This document shows, in pieces, positions 12,001-25,291 of a DNA stretch of 64,000 nt. Position 1 is the first letter of the stretch, and the number at the start of each line of letters is the position of its first letter. The notes below the pieces were generated by a model, which was given only the letters and a program-made list of their open reading frames with translations, was not told where the DNA came from and made no database searches. A program made the position numbers and the translations under genes. This DNA comes from Vicugna vicugna (lineage: Eukaryota): the NCBI GenBank assembly GCA_013265495.1, contig MU058444.1, forward strand, positions 124,001 to 188,000, read 5' to 3'.

Positions 12001-15000
12001 GTAAAGGGGTGGGGGATTCCTGGAAGGACTGGAGGAAGGGCCCTGAAATTCGTTTTCACGATGGGTGTCTGGACCTCCTGGGAACCCTCTCTCTGGCACT
12101 GTCGCCTCACTGAGGTTGCAGCTGCTCTGTGCTGTTTCCCAGGACCGTGACATAATGCTTACCTGGTGACTACAGGGCGGTGATACCTTCACAACTACTC
12201 AAGTGGTTTTTTTTTTTTTTAAACCGGTGGTTTGTTTTAGCCAAGGCGGCACAGGTTGTTTCAAGGGATGCTGTAAAATGCTTACAATGAAAGTCTTGTT
12301 AATTCACACTCTTTTAAAAAATGTAATGAATTGCTGCTGTCTAACTTTTCTCATGCAAGCGCAGGGGTGGAGGCGGTCATATCAGGACTAGATCGTGAGT
12401 AGGTAGTTCTGGTCGGCCAGAATCCCGGAGAGGCTGGGAGTTGCTGTTGGGAGTGGTCCAAGAATCGGTTCCCCGACTAGGCATGTGGCTTCCAGCCAGC
12501 ATACCTCATAATTCCTTCCCTCTCTTCCCTCGTCTGTTTCCTGACACTTTCTTATAATGTCTCAGCTTAACCAGGGGAGCGTGGAGTGTAAGTTATTTCT
12601 GCTCACCCTTTTAACGTCCACATCTACTTCTGCGACACGTGGCCGCTGGTAAGGGTTGGCTGTGCTGTTCTGGTTCTTATCCTCTGAGAGTTTTAAGGTC
12701 TCTTTTTCTTCTTGTATCAAATATTTGACCAGAGGTCAGAGTCCGGAACATTGGACACAGATGGTAAACTAGTGGGCTGGAAATAGGTCCAGGAAGGGCA
12801 CTGAATCTAAACAGATCTAGAATGAGATACTAAAATTAAGGAAACAAAAGGCAAATTTGAACTCATTTAAAAAGAATAAAACAGAATATTCAAGGGGATA
12901 GAGAATGGGAAAAACTTGCGGTGGCCTTTGTTCTCTGGTAAGTGGCAGGGTGGTCACCTTCCTTGCCGTGACTCTCGCCCTACTGTACCATCCACACTAT
13001 TGCTGTGACTCCCAGGGGATGGGACTTCACGAGTCATGCGCACGTCCAGAGTGCTCAGTCATGGCGATGCTGTGGGTGACACGAAGGCCGAGAGATGCCT
13101 TTGGTCAAAGCACATCAAGAACACTCGAGGACACAGCGATGCGGAAGCAGTTTTCTTCTTTCCTAGGAAGGAAGGAGTCGATAAATTGTGAGCATTTGGG
13201 TGAACTGCGCCATCTAGGCTCGGAGGGCGTTCATGCCACCTGGCAGGTGGGTGGGAGAAGTGTCCTTGGTCCCCAGTGTTCCTCCAGGGCCCCACATCCA
13301 GAGCCTTCTAGTTTTAAGATAAGAGTGGGACCCACATTCCCAGTCCACGTGACAATGACCGCAGGAATGAGGTCGGGGAGAGGAAGGCACCACTTCTGAT
13401 TCACGCTAGAGGAGTCCCCGAGTCCCCGTCAGTATCCCAGCTGCTTGGTCTAACTGAGGGGTGGAGAGCGCCATGTTCTTTTCAACCTAGAAGTAATTGA
13501 TTGACTAATGAATTGACTGACTGATGGGCAAAGGGGATTTAGACATGAAAATTATCTTATCATAACCCTTCAGGAGCTCCGAGTTTAGTAGAGAATATGG
13601 GTAAATATCTATGGTATTGTGTGATTAAGGCAAGTACAAGATATAGGCAGTCTCCTGGGCTTTGTGTCAAACAAATGTCTCTGGGTGGCCCCCTTACCTA
13701 CAGGTCGGTATGGGCCCTACTCCGGCTCCAGCTGCTCTAAACAAGACCCGAGTCTAAAGATCACAGATGATCTCATGTCTGGAGCCATGCCCACTGTCTG
13801 AAACTTCCCTGTGGTTCCCAGGTTACTGGTCTGGTCCCTACAGGCCCACGAGTTATTATCCATCCCACACTGCTACTTCTGGAGCAGACACTGGACAGGC
13901 AGTGTCGGGAACAGCAGAGCGTGCGTGTGTCCCAAATAATCTCTGAAACAGGCCCGTTTCCAGTTCTGCTGCTCCTGGGGAAAGCACCTTTGCTCCCTGG
14001 TTTCTGTTACACCCCTTCCTGCAGCCCTGTCTCCCAGGGCCAGCTGGCTGAAGAGTTCAAAGAGCAGGACACCAGCATCGGAGAGACCTGGAGCTCAGGA
14101 GAGGAGCAGTAAATACTCAGCACATCATAACCGTGGATAATCTAGCAGCTCGTGACAGTGGCTGAGCCCAGAGGGCTGCAGCCATGCTGGATAAATATGC
14201 TGTCCCTGACTCTGAGCCGTTCTCTCTGTGCTGGTGTTTGGGAGAAAACAGCCCTTGCCACATGCAAAACTTCAAAAGACATTCCGTTGAGAGGATGAAA
14301 AACATACATCTGTTTTAGACAAAGCTTGTGAAAGTTCAAGGATTGCCTATCTGTTGGCTCAAGTGAGTTTCAGTGGCTTACAAAATAAAATAAGAAAAAT
14401 AAATACAAGTATTCCGGCCTTCTCATTCTACTCAAAGGCACATCTTGTAAGCTTTTCTTCTCCACCTGGAAACAAGAATTGAGAAATATTCAAGAGACAC
14501 TAGGTAGAGTAGCATTTCAGCAGCCTGAAGACAAACCCTGTGAGTGAGTGCTCTGTTCCAGGAGCTCGCCGAACACCAGGTGGCACTGAAGTAACTACAT
14601 TCCCTGGCTGAAATCACATAATAACACAGTAACTCACACGTGTCAGGTGCTTATTATAGTCAGGCATGCTTCTAAATGCTGTCTATATAGAAACTAATTT
14701 GTTTATTTTCTTAGGACAAGAAGGGTTAGCAAACCCTTCAGGTTCTGGTTTGTTCTAAGATGGGTTAACCCAGAAACTGTCACAGAAAGGCAGATTCAGC
14801 AAAAAGGCAACAGCCAATATATTACGTCGAAGTCCCTGTGGCTTAGTGGTAGAGATTGGACATTGTGCCCTTAGGGGAAAAATGATGAGGTCAGAGCAGA
14901 CTGAGATAGATCAGGTCTGGCACTTTTGCCTCCAAGCCTGGATTCAAAGATGATCTGATGGGAAGCCAGGCAGACAGTTCAGCCGAGGCATTCATCCATA

Positions 15001-15319
15001 GGGTCTGGCCCGAAAGGCACCGTTTGGGTTGAGAATCCGGGCACACTGGATCAAAGCCAGAGGCCAGGAGCCGGGGGGAGGAGCCTCAGCCCTGGGCACA
15101 AAGTGGCAGGTGCTTTTTCTAGGGCACTGGTGTGTCTGGGCTGCTCTGGGGGAACCCCGTGAAGGGCTCAGGGTCCCCAGCACTGTGTGGGTAGACCGTC
15201 CCACGATGTGGTAACTCAAGCCAAGGAGAGGACAAAGCGCAAGAAGGACAGTAGCGGGGAGAAGTTGTGCCAGATTTTAGTGGTTACAAACAAGCATAAG
15301 AAGAGGATTGTATCCCATT

Positions 15320-15612
15320 TTCGACTGGAGAAAAGAAAAAAAGCACCAACTAAAAATTGAGAAGTATATTTTATTAGGTGGACTTGCTGAGGACTTAAGC
15401 CCAGAAGGCAGACTTTCAGATCCTTCTGAGGGACGGCTCCGAAGAGGTAGGGGAGGAGCCAAGATACATAGTTTTTGCAACAAAACCTGAGTCGGAACAT
15501 CAGAAGATTACTGTTAATTAAAGAAAACCAGACATCTCAGGTTAATGAATTTAGCGTTTTTCTATGGATGGGAAGATACAAGAGTCTGGGCTCATTGAAA
15601 TCCTTTGATAGT
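15320..15612 (-). mobile_element. ERV1-class LTR fragment
   Basis: gatgggaagatacaagagtctgggctcattgaaatc and the preceding text resemble recalled ERV1 LTR consensus; tttatt near the left end. Confidence 0.55.
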
Positions 15613-15931
15613 CCCCTTAACCATCAAGCCGCGGAAGGCTCTCCTAGACTGTGATTCAGTCTTCTTTTCTATCAGTTCTGGGATTCTGACTCTTAATAGC
15701 ACTGACTTTGGGAATCCCTTTCTTATAATTACTGGGGGGTTTTGGTTGTTTAAACCCTGCTTGGCTTGTACCAATAGGCACTAATGCCAAGCATTTACCA
15801 CTAAGCTTGCAGGCTTGTCAAAGAAATGGCAGTGCCAAGAGGTTGCAAGTTACTACCTGTAACCCATGTGTACAGTGGGTGTTTGGTGTCTTGTGGCATC
15901 CTTTAGTTCCTCTTTCCCTAAATCTAAGTAA

Positions 15932-16120
15932 ACAGTTGGTGAACTTCTTCCGTTCAGGGCCCTATAGTGAACATTGTAGGCTTTGCTGGCAACACCCAAT
16001 TCTGCAGTGTAGTGGGAAGCAACCGAAAGACAGTGAAACAAATAGAGGTGCTCCAGGAAAACTTTATTCACAAAACAGGCAACAGTCGGATTGACCTGGG
16101 GTCCCCAACTGCTGACCCAA
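15932..16120. mobile_element. MER58-like hAT MITE
   Basis: gtaggctttgctggc...aaaactttattcacaaaacaggc...tgctgaccc. Confidence 0.55.
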
Positions 16121-16730
16121 CATATAAGTAAATAAACAGACCAACAAACAGGAAAATAGCTTCCGTACTCTCCACAAGCAATTTTTTAAATTTCTGCTTG
16201 TCTTTTCCTTAAGGATGGGGAACAGGAAGAACCATTTTGCCTGCGTGGAAGTGTAAGTCGCCATCCTTTCCTTCTGTCTTCCATTCGTAACTCTGGAAGC
16301 TAGTGGCCTCAAACTAAACTTCATGCCTGCTTTTAAGATGCAGAAGGGGCTGGAGGGTGTTACTCTAGGTTTTCTTTAAAGAGAGGGGCCCTTTTTGCTG
16401 TTCTCTGCACATAGCCTCTGGGAAGAGTTGAAGAACTTCTCTTAGAGGGTCGTTATTCTAACAGTGACCAACCGAAGCCTTTGTCCTTTGACCTTCTGGG
16501 CGACCTAGCCCCAGAAAGGGTTAATGAATCAAAGACAAGGCAAATATCATCTCTGAGAAAAGCACTGAAACAGAACTCGAGTGAAAACCTAGAAGAGAGT
16601 CATCCCGCCCAAAATCAAGTCCAAAGGTTAGACGTGTTTGTCTTCCTCGCGTAAGGAATGAAGGTACTCAGCCCAACGGGCAGAACTGGATTAACTCTAA
16701 TTCTCTTCTGCATTTAGCACACTCACCACC

Positions 16731-17228
16731 TGTCACTGTTTGAATCATGTTCTCCCAAAAGATATGCCGAAATCCTAACCCCTGGTACTTGTGAATGTGA
16801 CCTTGTCTGGGAAAAGGGCTTTGCGGATGTAATCAAGGTAAATCGAGGTTGTTGGGGCAGGCTCCAATCCCACATGACTGGTGTTTTTATAAGAAGACGG
16901 AAGCTGGACACAGACACACACACACAGAGGAGAACGCCGTGGGAAGACACAGAGGCAGGCGGGGAGAAGACGGCCGTGTGACAAGTGCTGCAGAGACCGG
17001 AGTGATGTCACTACAAGCCAAGAAGTGCCAAGGACGGCTGGGAACTTGCAGAAGCTGGGAGGGAAGTGTGGAGCTGACAGTCCCTCAGAGTCCTCGGGAC
17101 GGAACCGACCTTGCTGGCACCTTGACTGTGGACGCCTAGCCTCCAGAATTGTGAAAGAATACATTTCGGTAGTTTGAAGGCCCCCAATTTGTGGTAAATT
17201 GTTATGACAGGCCTAGAAAACTCATACA
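16731..17228 (+). mobile_element. Complete MLT1C/D-like solo LTR
   Basis: TG...CA termini, 498 bp, perfect 5-bp TSD CCACC at 16726-16730 and 17229-17233. Confidence 0.9.
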
Positions 17229-19358
17229 CCACCCAGGCCGATGTGAGATAATCCTCAGATAAATCCTACACAGTGTTCCTCTCTGCCCACACTTGTTAAC
17301 CGTCCCTGTCTTCCTCCTTGGAGACCTCAGGAATGGAATGAATTTAATAATCTCATCATCAAATGCACAGGCGGCCTTCTCGTGTAATTTTGAATTATCT
17401 TTCAGATGATCTGGGACTTTTCAAGTCAAATGGAAGTGAGCGTTTCAACACTCTCCCTCCCTTTGTTGTGTGGATTCAGAGCCCTGCCGAAGGCAGTTTG
17501 GCCACCAGTCAGCCACTGAGAGTCAGACTGCAAATCCTGTCACGTCAGCCGCTGTCCTGCTGTACTGGCAGCGTCTTTGGCTGCCCCGAACTCATGGGAC
17601 ACAACAAAGCGGTGTATTGTCTGCACGCTTCTGATCATAAGGCTCGTGTTCCCATGACTCCTATTGTCTTGGTCTCAGCCTGTCAATGGGGAGCTCTCTG
17701 GGGTCTTGTCTTCCTGGAGAGCTTTCCCTCTAATTTGATCGGTGTTTGAGGACACGAATACAAAGAGCACCGTGCACCTGGGGTGGCAGGTTCGCACCCA
17801 AGTCGTCTGCAGTGTGGCCCTGTTCCCGTGGGCCCGCCGGATTCCAGGGAAGGACATTTCCCAGGGAGAACTGTAATAGCCACTGACACTTCCTGGGTGA
17901 CTCCCATGTGCCAAGCGGTCCTCTTGGCGCGGACCGCAGATGACCCTTTCCGTCCTCCCAAGCACCCTGTGAGGCAGCTCAGGGAACTGAATGACCTCCG
18001 TGATGAGTGAACTTGCTGGTCACAGGCTGGTGACGGTCAGAGCTGAGATGGTGAGCCCGGGGTGGCTGGTTGCAAAGTCTTATCGTCAACAGTTACTCCG
18101 TTGGCTTTCTACTTGGGAAATACCCCATCCTGGATCTGAAGGTTGTAATGTTTTCCTCCCTGAAAAATTGGCATTTTTATGTCCTTTTCAGCTAATGCAA
18201 AAATTGGGGTCTGCGTGCTGGTCCAAGGTTTTGCAGGATCATCTCTGCAGGAGGAGGGCAGAGGCTGGATGGCCCCGGGAGTTCAGCTCGAGGTCTTCAT
18301 AATTGGATGATGTTACAGATTCCTCTCGATCTTGGAATGATGAAGGCCACGTGGGCACCATTTTGAAGTTACAGTTCCTCCAACGAGGCCCGCTTGCCAG
18401 ATATACCACAACTTTCTCAGAATTAAATGTTTTATTTTTAAAAATCATGTTGTTATACAATAAAACTAGTGCTAGTGACTGTTTGCAGGTCTGCTTGCTT
18501 CTTTATAGAACACACATTTGCTGGGTGGGGGGTGTCCGAGCCCCAGGAAAGAGAGGGCCAGAGTCCAGCATCTTTGTGGGGAGCTCCTGCAGGCCGGCAG
18601 CTCCTCCTTTCGCCGTGATCGAGAGAGAAGAGGCTTAAGGGAAAGGATAGGTCAGAAATGCTTCTAGGACCAGGGTTCATCCCATCGGCCCCAACACCCC
18701 CTGTCAATAAAAAAACCAAGCAAAACATTTTGTATTAACTTGGAAAGTAGAGTCCTGGGTCTGTCACCTTCCTGAACTCAGACACTGAAGCAGGATGTGG
18801 GACTGTTTTGGGTTGTGGGACCAGCCTGTGTAGTCTACTATGTCCGCACCTTCGGCATCTGACCTTCAGGTGTTGAGTGAGACGAACGACTGCCCCCTGA
18901 GTTTTCACACACCCTCCAGGTGGTACAAGGGCTGTGAGGCGCCATCTGTTGACCACTGGGGGAGGCCTCCCTTAGTCCCAGAACTGCTCTCCTCCCCTTG
19001 TCCTGTCTGTGTCCCTCCTCCTCTGTCCCGCTGCCACCTTCCCCTTCATCTTGTTCCCTTACATTCTCCCCACTGTCCCTCCTATCCCCATCGCCTCCCC
19101 TTCATCAGGAGGAGGTGATTCCCCCATCGTAGAGCTGAGGCCTTCTTACCTCCCGTGGAGAACCGATCTCGTAAGACAGCCTCCTGCAGTCTTCCCAGCC
19201 CAGAGCCTCCTGACACCGCTTTCTCTCTCTTTCCCTCCCTCTCTCTCTCACTTTTTTTTTCAATCCTCAAATTTTGATGTGTAATTTGAATGGTAAAGGT
19301 CAGAAAATACTGTCTGAGGAACACTGGTATCAGAGTCTTTACCCTTTAGTATAGTTTT

Positions 19359-19585
19359 TTTTTAACATTTTTTATTGATTTATAATCATTTTACAATGTT
19401 GTGTCAAATTCCAGTGTTCAGCACAATTTTTCAGTCATTCATGGACATATACACACTCATTGTCACATTTTTTTCTCTGTGATTTATCATAACATTTTGT
19501 GTATATTTCCCTGTGCTATACAGTGTAATCTTGTTTATCTATTCTACAATTTTGAAATCCCAGTCTATCCCTTCCCACCCTCTAT
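19359..19585 (-). mobile_element. Young truncated L1 3' end
   Basis: Poly(T) plus L1 3' UTR; TSD CCCTTTAGTATAGTTTT at 19342-19358 and 19586-19602; TT/AAAA nick site. Confidence 0.85.
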
Positions 19586-21710
19586 CCCTTTAGTATAGTT
19601 TTAATATAGACACTTAAGCACCAAACAAGGGCTGAAATACATGGCTTACTTACTGTATGACCGGCGCTGTGCCATATGCTTTCATATACAGCACGTTACA
19701 TATGATTTCCATGTTAACCCTATTTTACAGAAAAGGACCACGACGTTAGGAAATTAAATGATAGGCCAAGCTCGCAGCGCTGGAACATACTGGCTTCCTG
19801 GTGCAGGATGAGAAACCTGGGCAGTGCTTTCTCCTTTACCATTTTAGAGGGTTTTTTTTTTTTCCTTCCAGTTGAATATTGAAGAGAATGAACTTTCCTG
19901 ATAAGCGTCTGCAATTAGAATTAATATATCCTTATCTGGATGGCTATTAAAATAATTTGTTAGAAAGCATCACTATCCTTCCTGCGTGGTGCTCGGAGCA
20001 CCACGCGTGTATAGGAATGTGAGAGCTGGAGTCCAGGCCGGACTCTGCCCTGTGGATCTTGGGCCTGTGGCTACATCTTCCTCATTCCTCTGCAAGTCTG
20101 GGGCAGTAACGTGAACCTCAGCTTACCCTGGAAAGACCTCAGGAGGCCAGAGAGAACAGATGTGCAAGGCTTCAGAAGAAAGGTGCCGTGGAATGCTGAG
20201 GAATCAAATATTTTTATTGCTCTGATCAATCTTTTCTTCTCATACGTAGCAGTCAATTCATACGAGCCACAGGCAGCTCAGTGTAGAAACAGCACAACCT
20301 GGATTAATTTGTAGCATGCCCTGGTGTTTGCACATACATGATCTAATTTAATCTTTACAATTGTCCTATGGGGTAGGCAGGATGGTTATGATTTATTGCC
20401 ATCTTTCCAGAAACTGAGGCCCAAACCATTGGTTAGTAAACACTGGCTCTAGGAATAAAATGCCAGGTTTCCAATGCTCAGTTTAGACGCGTTTTCAAAG
20501 ACAATAGAAGAGGCAGGTAGGGGACAACCTTGCTAAATTGCTCAACAAAATTCAAAAGAGGCAAGAGTATAGATGTCATCACACTCTGAACATCATAGTA
20601 CATGATCCACAGAAACACTGCATTTCTAAATCTTTTTAAAAATTCAGCTGGAAGTTTGCCTCTTTTGCCTTGACCCCGGCCGACAGAGCTTGCCTCTCCC
20701 GCAGCAATCCCACGAGACTCTGCACCTGCCCTGGGGTCCCCCGTGTTGCATCACCCGGCAATCACTTGTTTACCCATCTGTCTCCCAGCCTCTCCTCCCC
20801 GACTCCATGCCCCCCACTTCCGGGACCCAAGACAAGGTCTGGTCAGCTTGGGTCTCCAGCATCTAGCGAGTTCCTAGACATAACAAAAGCTCAAGAAGTA
20901 TTGTTACATTTTTCTTTCTCACAAAAGGAAAACTTGTTTTGACTATGTAAAAGTTAGAAGCATTGAAACAGTAAAGGAGACCCTAAAGAAAATAAAGGTT
21001 AAACAGAAATTGAAAAATAAGAAACAAATGCAAAATCTCAAAGCCTCTAAAGTGATCAGTGGATTGGTGATAATAAAAATAATATAATATTACGTTTAGC
21101 TAGGGGTGGCGGCGTCATTTGGGTTTGTGTGTCTGCACATGCACATGTCTGTGCTGTTTTTAAAAATTATCACAATTTTTTTGGCAAATATGAACATACT
21201 TCCACAGATTTCTAATAACAGCTCCTAGGATATAGAAATGATCTTTATTCTTTTGAATGCCTCCACCTGACCATGTGAGAATTCAATGATGGCTTCAGTA
21301 ATAATACACCTTTTATTTCAAGCAAAATACAATATTTATACGATCTGAGTCCACTCCAGTGGAAATAATATGTGCATGAGAATTACGTAACAATCACCTA
21401 TATTTGAGAAACACTCTCTTAGGAACTGTAATTGTATCAGACCTCCATAGGAGCAAATGTAGCATCAGGTAAATAATAGTAGTTAAACTAAAACAGATCA
21501 ATCAAAACGACTTTTAAAGATTAGAGAAGGCAGACAGATCTCCTGTGGCCGTGGCTGTGCACGGGTCCGGTGCTTTGAAAGCTGAATCAGACCTGCATGT
21601 GACCCTGGATTCCAGAGTCCTTAACCCTCCTCCTCCTTCAGGGACTTGACCCAGGGGATGCCGGGATTCTGTCTGACCTCTGCCCAGGGCTGCTGTTGAA
21701 TAGAAGGGCT

Positions 21711-22280
21711 TTAATTCCCTGGTGCTGTTGGACGGATCAGCCCAACTTAGTGCCTTAGAACAACACACACTGATCCTAGTTCTGTAGGCTAGAGATCTGG
21801 GTTTGCTCACTGGCCTCTGCTCCAGTTTTACAAGCTGCATCAAAGCACTGAGGGGATGGGCTCATACAGAGAGGCTCATAACAGGCTCATTCAGGTTGTT
21901 GGCAAAACCCAGTTCTTTGCAGCACTGAGGTCCTTGTTTCCTTGCCAGCTGTCAGCTGGGGGCTGCCGGTAGCTTCCAGAGCCCCCTCTCTGTGCTCGGA
22001 CACCCCCATCTCAGAGCCAGCAGTAGTGTAAGGAGTCCATCTCTCACTTGGAAGTTCACTGACTTCCTCTTCTGCTGGGTCTCTCTGGCTCCAGCTGGAG
22101 AAATGTCTCTGGTTTTAAAGGCTCAAGTAATTAGACTGGGTCCACCTGGTTAGTCCAGGCTAGTCTCTCCACCTTAAGATCCATAACCTTAATTACATCT
22201 ATGAAGTCCCTTTCGCCATGTGACGTAGTAGACGGACAGGATCCAGTCGTCAGGGTGTGGGCATTAATCAGCCCACCTCA
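21711..22280 (-). mobile_element. MLT1 (MLT1E-like) solo LTR inserted in the cTAGE retrocopy
   Basis: MLT1 motifs (cttagtgccttagaacaacac...ccttaattacatctatgaagtccctttcgccatgtgacg); 5-bp TSD GGGCT at 21706-21710 and 22281-22285. Confidence 0.8.
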
Positions 22281-22660
22281 GGGCTGCTTGAGAAAACTGG
22301 AAATTAAACTTTGCTTCAGCCAGCCTTTGTCTGCTGTGGCCATTGTCTTTCCTTAGCTTTTTGAACTTTCTTTTACTTGACAAAGATGCCAGCTAGCTCT
22401 CTTGAGCTTTTTTCTCATGGAAGATCATCTATCCAGCTTTCAAGGCTGGGAAGTCATTGGTTGTAGTTCTCCAGATCTTTAGCCGTCTTCCAGATAGAGT
22501 CGTGCCTTCAATTCATGCTGCCGCTGCTCTAAAGAGGTCAGTTACCTCCCTGATCAATTTTCTGCAAAGTTTCATTGCATGTTCTTGACATAGTGCAGGC
22601 AGCATTTCAAGTTTCAGCTGAAGTTCTTGAATCTCACCTTTAGGTTGTGAATTTTTAGAT

Positions 22661-22824
22661 TTAAAAAAAAATTTTTTAGTTTTATTTATTTTTGGGGGGA
22701 GATCGTTAGGTCTATTTACTTACTATTATTAATTTTTTTTTTTGGATGGAGGAACTGGGGATTGAACCCAGGACCTAGTGCACGCTAAGCATGCACTCTA
22801 CCACTTGAGCTATACCCTCCCACA
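22661..22824 (-). mobile_element. tRNA-derived SINE (vic-1 type)
   Basis: Same head on the minus strand; 11-bp TSD AATTTTTAGAT at 22650-22660 and 22825-22835. Confidence 0.9.
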
Positions 22825-23289
22825 AATTTTTAGATCTCAAAGGTACTTGTTCACTTTGGAAACTTTTCATTTGACCTCTAAGCGCTTTTCACTGAAATAA
22901 CTTAAAATAATCCCTGTTTTTCTCTTTCAAACCCTTTTAAGGAAACATTTAAGTTGGCAGCATTGATGAGTGTCTTCAGACTGACTTCTGACCGACAGTT
23001 TAAGCTGCCATGTCCGGTTCACTTTTTCTGCCTAATTCGAAGTTACTGTCATCCATGTAATCTTCTCTAAAGAGAACAGGCAAAAATTTGTCATCCTCAG
23101 TGTAGTTTCAGTCGGAGATTTTAGCTGGCTCCCTTCATCATTCACAGCCTGTTTCATTTGTACAGTTTGAGTTTTCCAGTGTTTTTTTTTCCCGGTTCTT
23201 CAATCCGCACACTCTTTCCATTGAACAGGTTTAGGCTTTCCTGAAGGTGAGTGTTTTGTTTTTTTATCCAAACTGTCTATAATTTTCTT

Positions 23290-23412
23290 TTCTTTTTAAA
23301 TGATTTCTTTATTTTCTTTCCACTTTATCTTTTTTTTTTTAATTCATTTATTTCTCAACAGAGGTACTGGGCATTGAACCCAGGACCTCATGCATGCTAA
23401 GCACGCGCTCTA
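23290..23412 (-). mobile_element. 5'-truncated tRNA-derived SINE (vic-1 type)
   Basis: gaggtactgggcattgaacccaggacctcatgcatgctaagcacgcgctcta plus a T-rich tail. Confidence 0.8.
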
Positions 23413-25291
23413 TTGTTTTCTTCCAAAGTTGTTCTACATGCTTCTGAGAGGCCTTTAAGATATTTTTGGCGTGAGTTACTAGGCGCTAAGGCATTAATGC
23501 ATCTTCTGGGGACTGTGCGTCTGTCCTTGAAGGTGAGCGAACATCACTCCATGAAATGAAAGATCAGGAGGCTCGTTTTTCTGTTATTTGTCAGGAAGGG
23601 CTACTGTATCCTCAAGTGAAGAGAGGGACGTGTTCAGATTTTTGTCAAGTGCTTGTGACATCAGAGGACTGACCTCGGCTGGAGGCGACTCAGGTCCTTC
23701 TTGGCCCTTTGGCTCACTCTCTTTCCCTCCTTAAAGCACATGGGCTCGTTTTTAAGAAATTCACTTTTGTTGAAGCATAGTTGACTTACAGTGTTGTGTC
23801 ATGGCTCTTTATTGTAAAGAGCAGATACCAGAATCATTGGGAAACTCGAAGAGAACGGGGAACTGTGCCCAGAACTCCAAGAACACAGACAGAGCCCCAC
23901 ACAGCAGTTCCGGGACTGCTGGAAAGACGTTTTTGCGGCTGTCAGCAGGCCCTCTGTGGCTCCAGGGAATACGGCAGCCCTGCCTCTGGGTGCCAGTGTC
24001 CTGTGACCACAGCTGCTGGCATGGAACCCCGCAGAGTTCTGGCTCAGACAGGTGCCTGATACCCAGGGCGGGCCATGAGTGCGGCCGGGAGACCGGGAGG
24101 CCAGGTTCCGTAAAACAGGGCTTCTAACTTTACTCTGCTCGAGCGAAGAGAAAATACATAAAGAGAAAGTGAAATGAGTTGTCTGGTGCATGGGGAATGG
24201 TGGAAAAGCCAGCCGGAGAGGCACTGGCCTCTGTAGGCTCCATCTGGCAAGGCTACAGCAAAATCCTTGCAGCGAAGTCCTACAGCAAACCTGGGAGGCG
24301 TGAAAGCAGTGCTGTGTCGTAACCCCAGGAGCATGTCAGGGCACGGTGGTGACATGCCGCAGCAGGGGACTCCCATGCCTCCATCCCTGGGTCCCTGGGC
24401 GAGGTGCACTCTTCTCCTGAGTTGAAGTCGCCGCCTACAGCCAGAACCCCGATCTACCTCTGGATGCCGCAGGGCCCTCTCACCCCTGAGGACATCTTCT
24501 CTCCTCTGGGTTTGGCCAGTGATGGCAGGGACAGGGGACTGAAGGGCTTCACCAAAGGCACTGACATACTGAGCTGCATTTCAGCTGGGAGAATTTGGGA
24601 GAAATCAAGGGGAACTGGTGATGTCTGGATATTTCATGGATTTTTGAGGGAGCGTTTGTCCCCGTTCAATCCAAGCATTCCTGGATGGGGAGACTCTTCT
24701 CCAGTGGCCCTGCTGTCTTCAGCACGTGGCTCCCGTGCTTGCCTGGGGACGGTCTCCAGTCCCCGCATCACCTTCAGCGTGCCTCTGAAGAGTGGGCGGG
24801 TCCTTCTTTCAGCTGCATTTATCACCTTTTTTTTTTTCATATCACGTGTCTCATTCCTAGCATCTCTGGAAGACTCAGACCTAGAGCGTTGCTCTCCATC
24901 ACCCAGAACTGTGCCCGGAGTCCTGACTTGTCCTGAGTGTCTTTATGTGTGAGTGAAACAAGGGAACCATGGATGCAAGTCTGTCTGGGGTTCTGGAGGG
25001 CACGAGGGCTCCCGCTGCAGGTGCCCTGCTCCCAGGAGTCCCGCTGTCTCGGACTCATTCCTGAAGCAGGAAAAGTCATCCGGTGTCAGTGAGTGGATTC
25101 CATCCTTCTCAGGTTTCTCTGTGTGGCCAGGAACATGGCTGCCCTCAGGACATAGTTAAAGAAGTGAGCATGACCCATTAACTCGTTTATCTCCCATGTA
25201 AGTCAAGGTGATGGAATCAGAATGCAAGCGTGTAGCCACGTGATGAGACAGAGGTGTGTCTCTCTCCTCCATCTTCGTCTCCATCTCCATC

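Larger units (their letters stand above)
21560..23730 (-). pseudogene. cTAGE5/MIA2-family processed pseudogene (coiled-coil region), interrupted by an MLT1 LTR and two SINEs
   Basis: Manual minus-strand translation gives SLKTLINAANLNVSLKGFEREK, SKNSQPKGEIQELQLKLEMLPALCQEHAMKLCRKL and IFHEKKAQES*LASLSSKRKFKKLRKDNGHSRQRLAEAKF. These are colinear with recalled cTAGE5 segments [57 protein letters not shown] and [40 protein letters not shown]. No introns; several stops and frameshifts. Confidence 0.85.

Noticed and set aside
24404..24952. 182-aa ORF, and similar 120-180-aa ORFs at 12905, 28538, 46420, 62116 and 62795
   Set aside because: No recognisable domain, codon pattern or exon structure; some overlap repeats; lengths are compatible with chance in GC-rich DNA.
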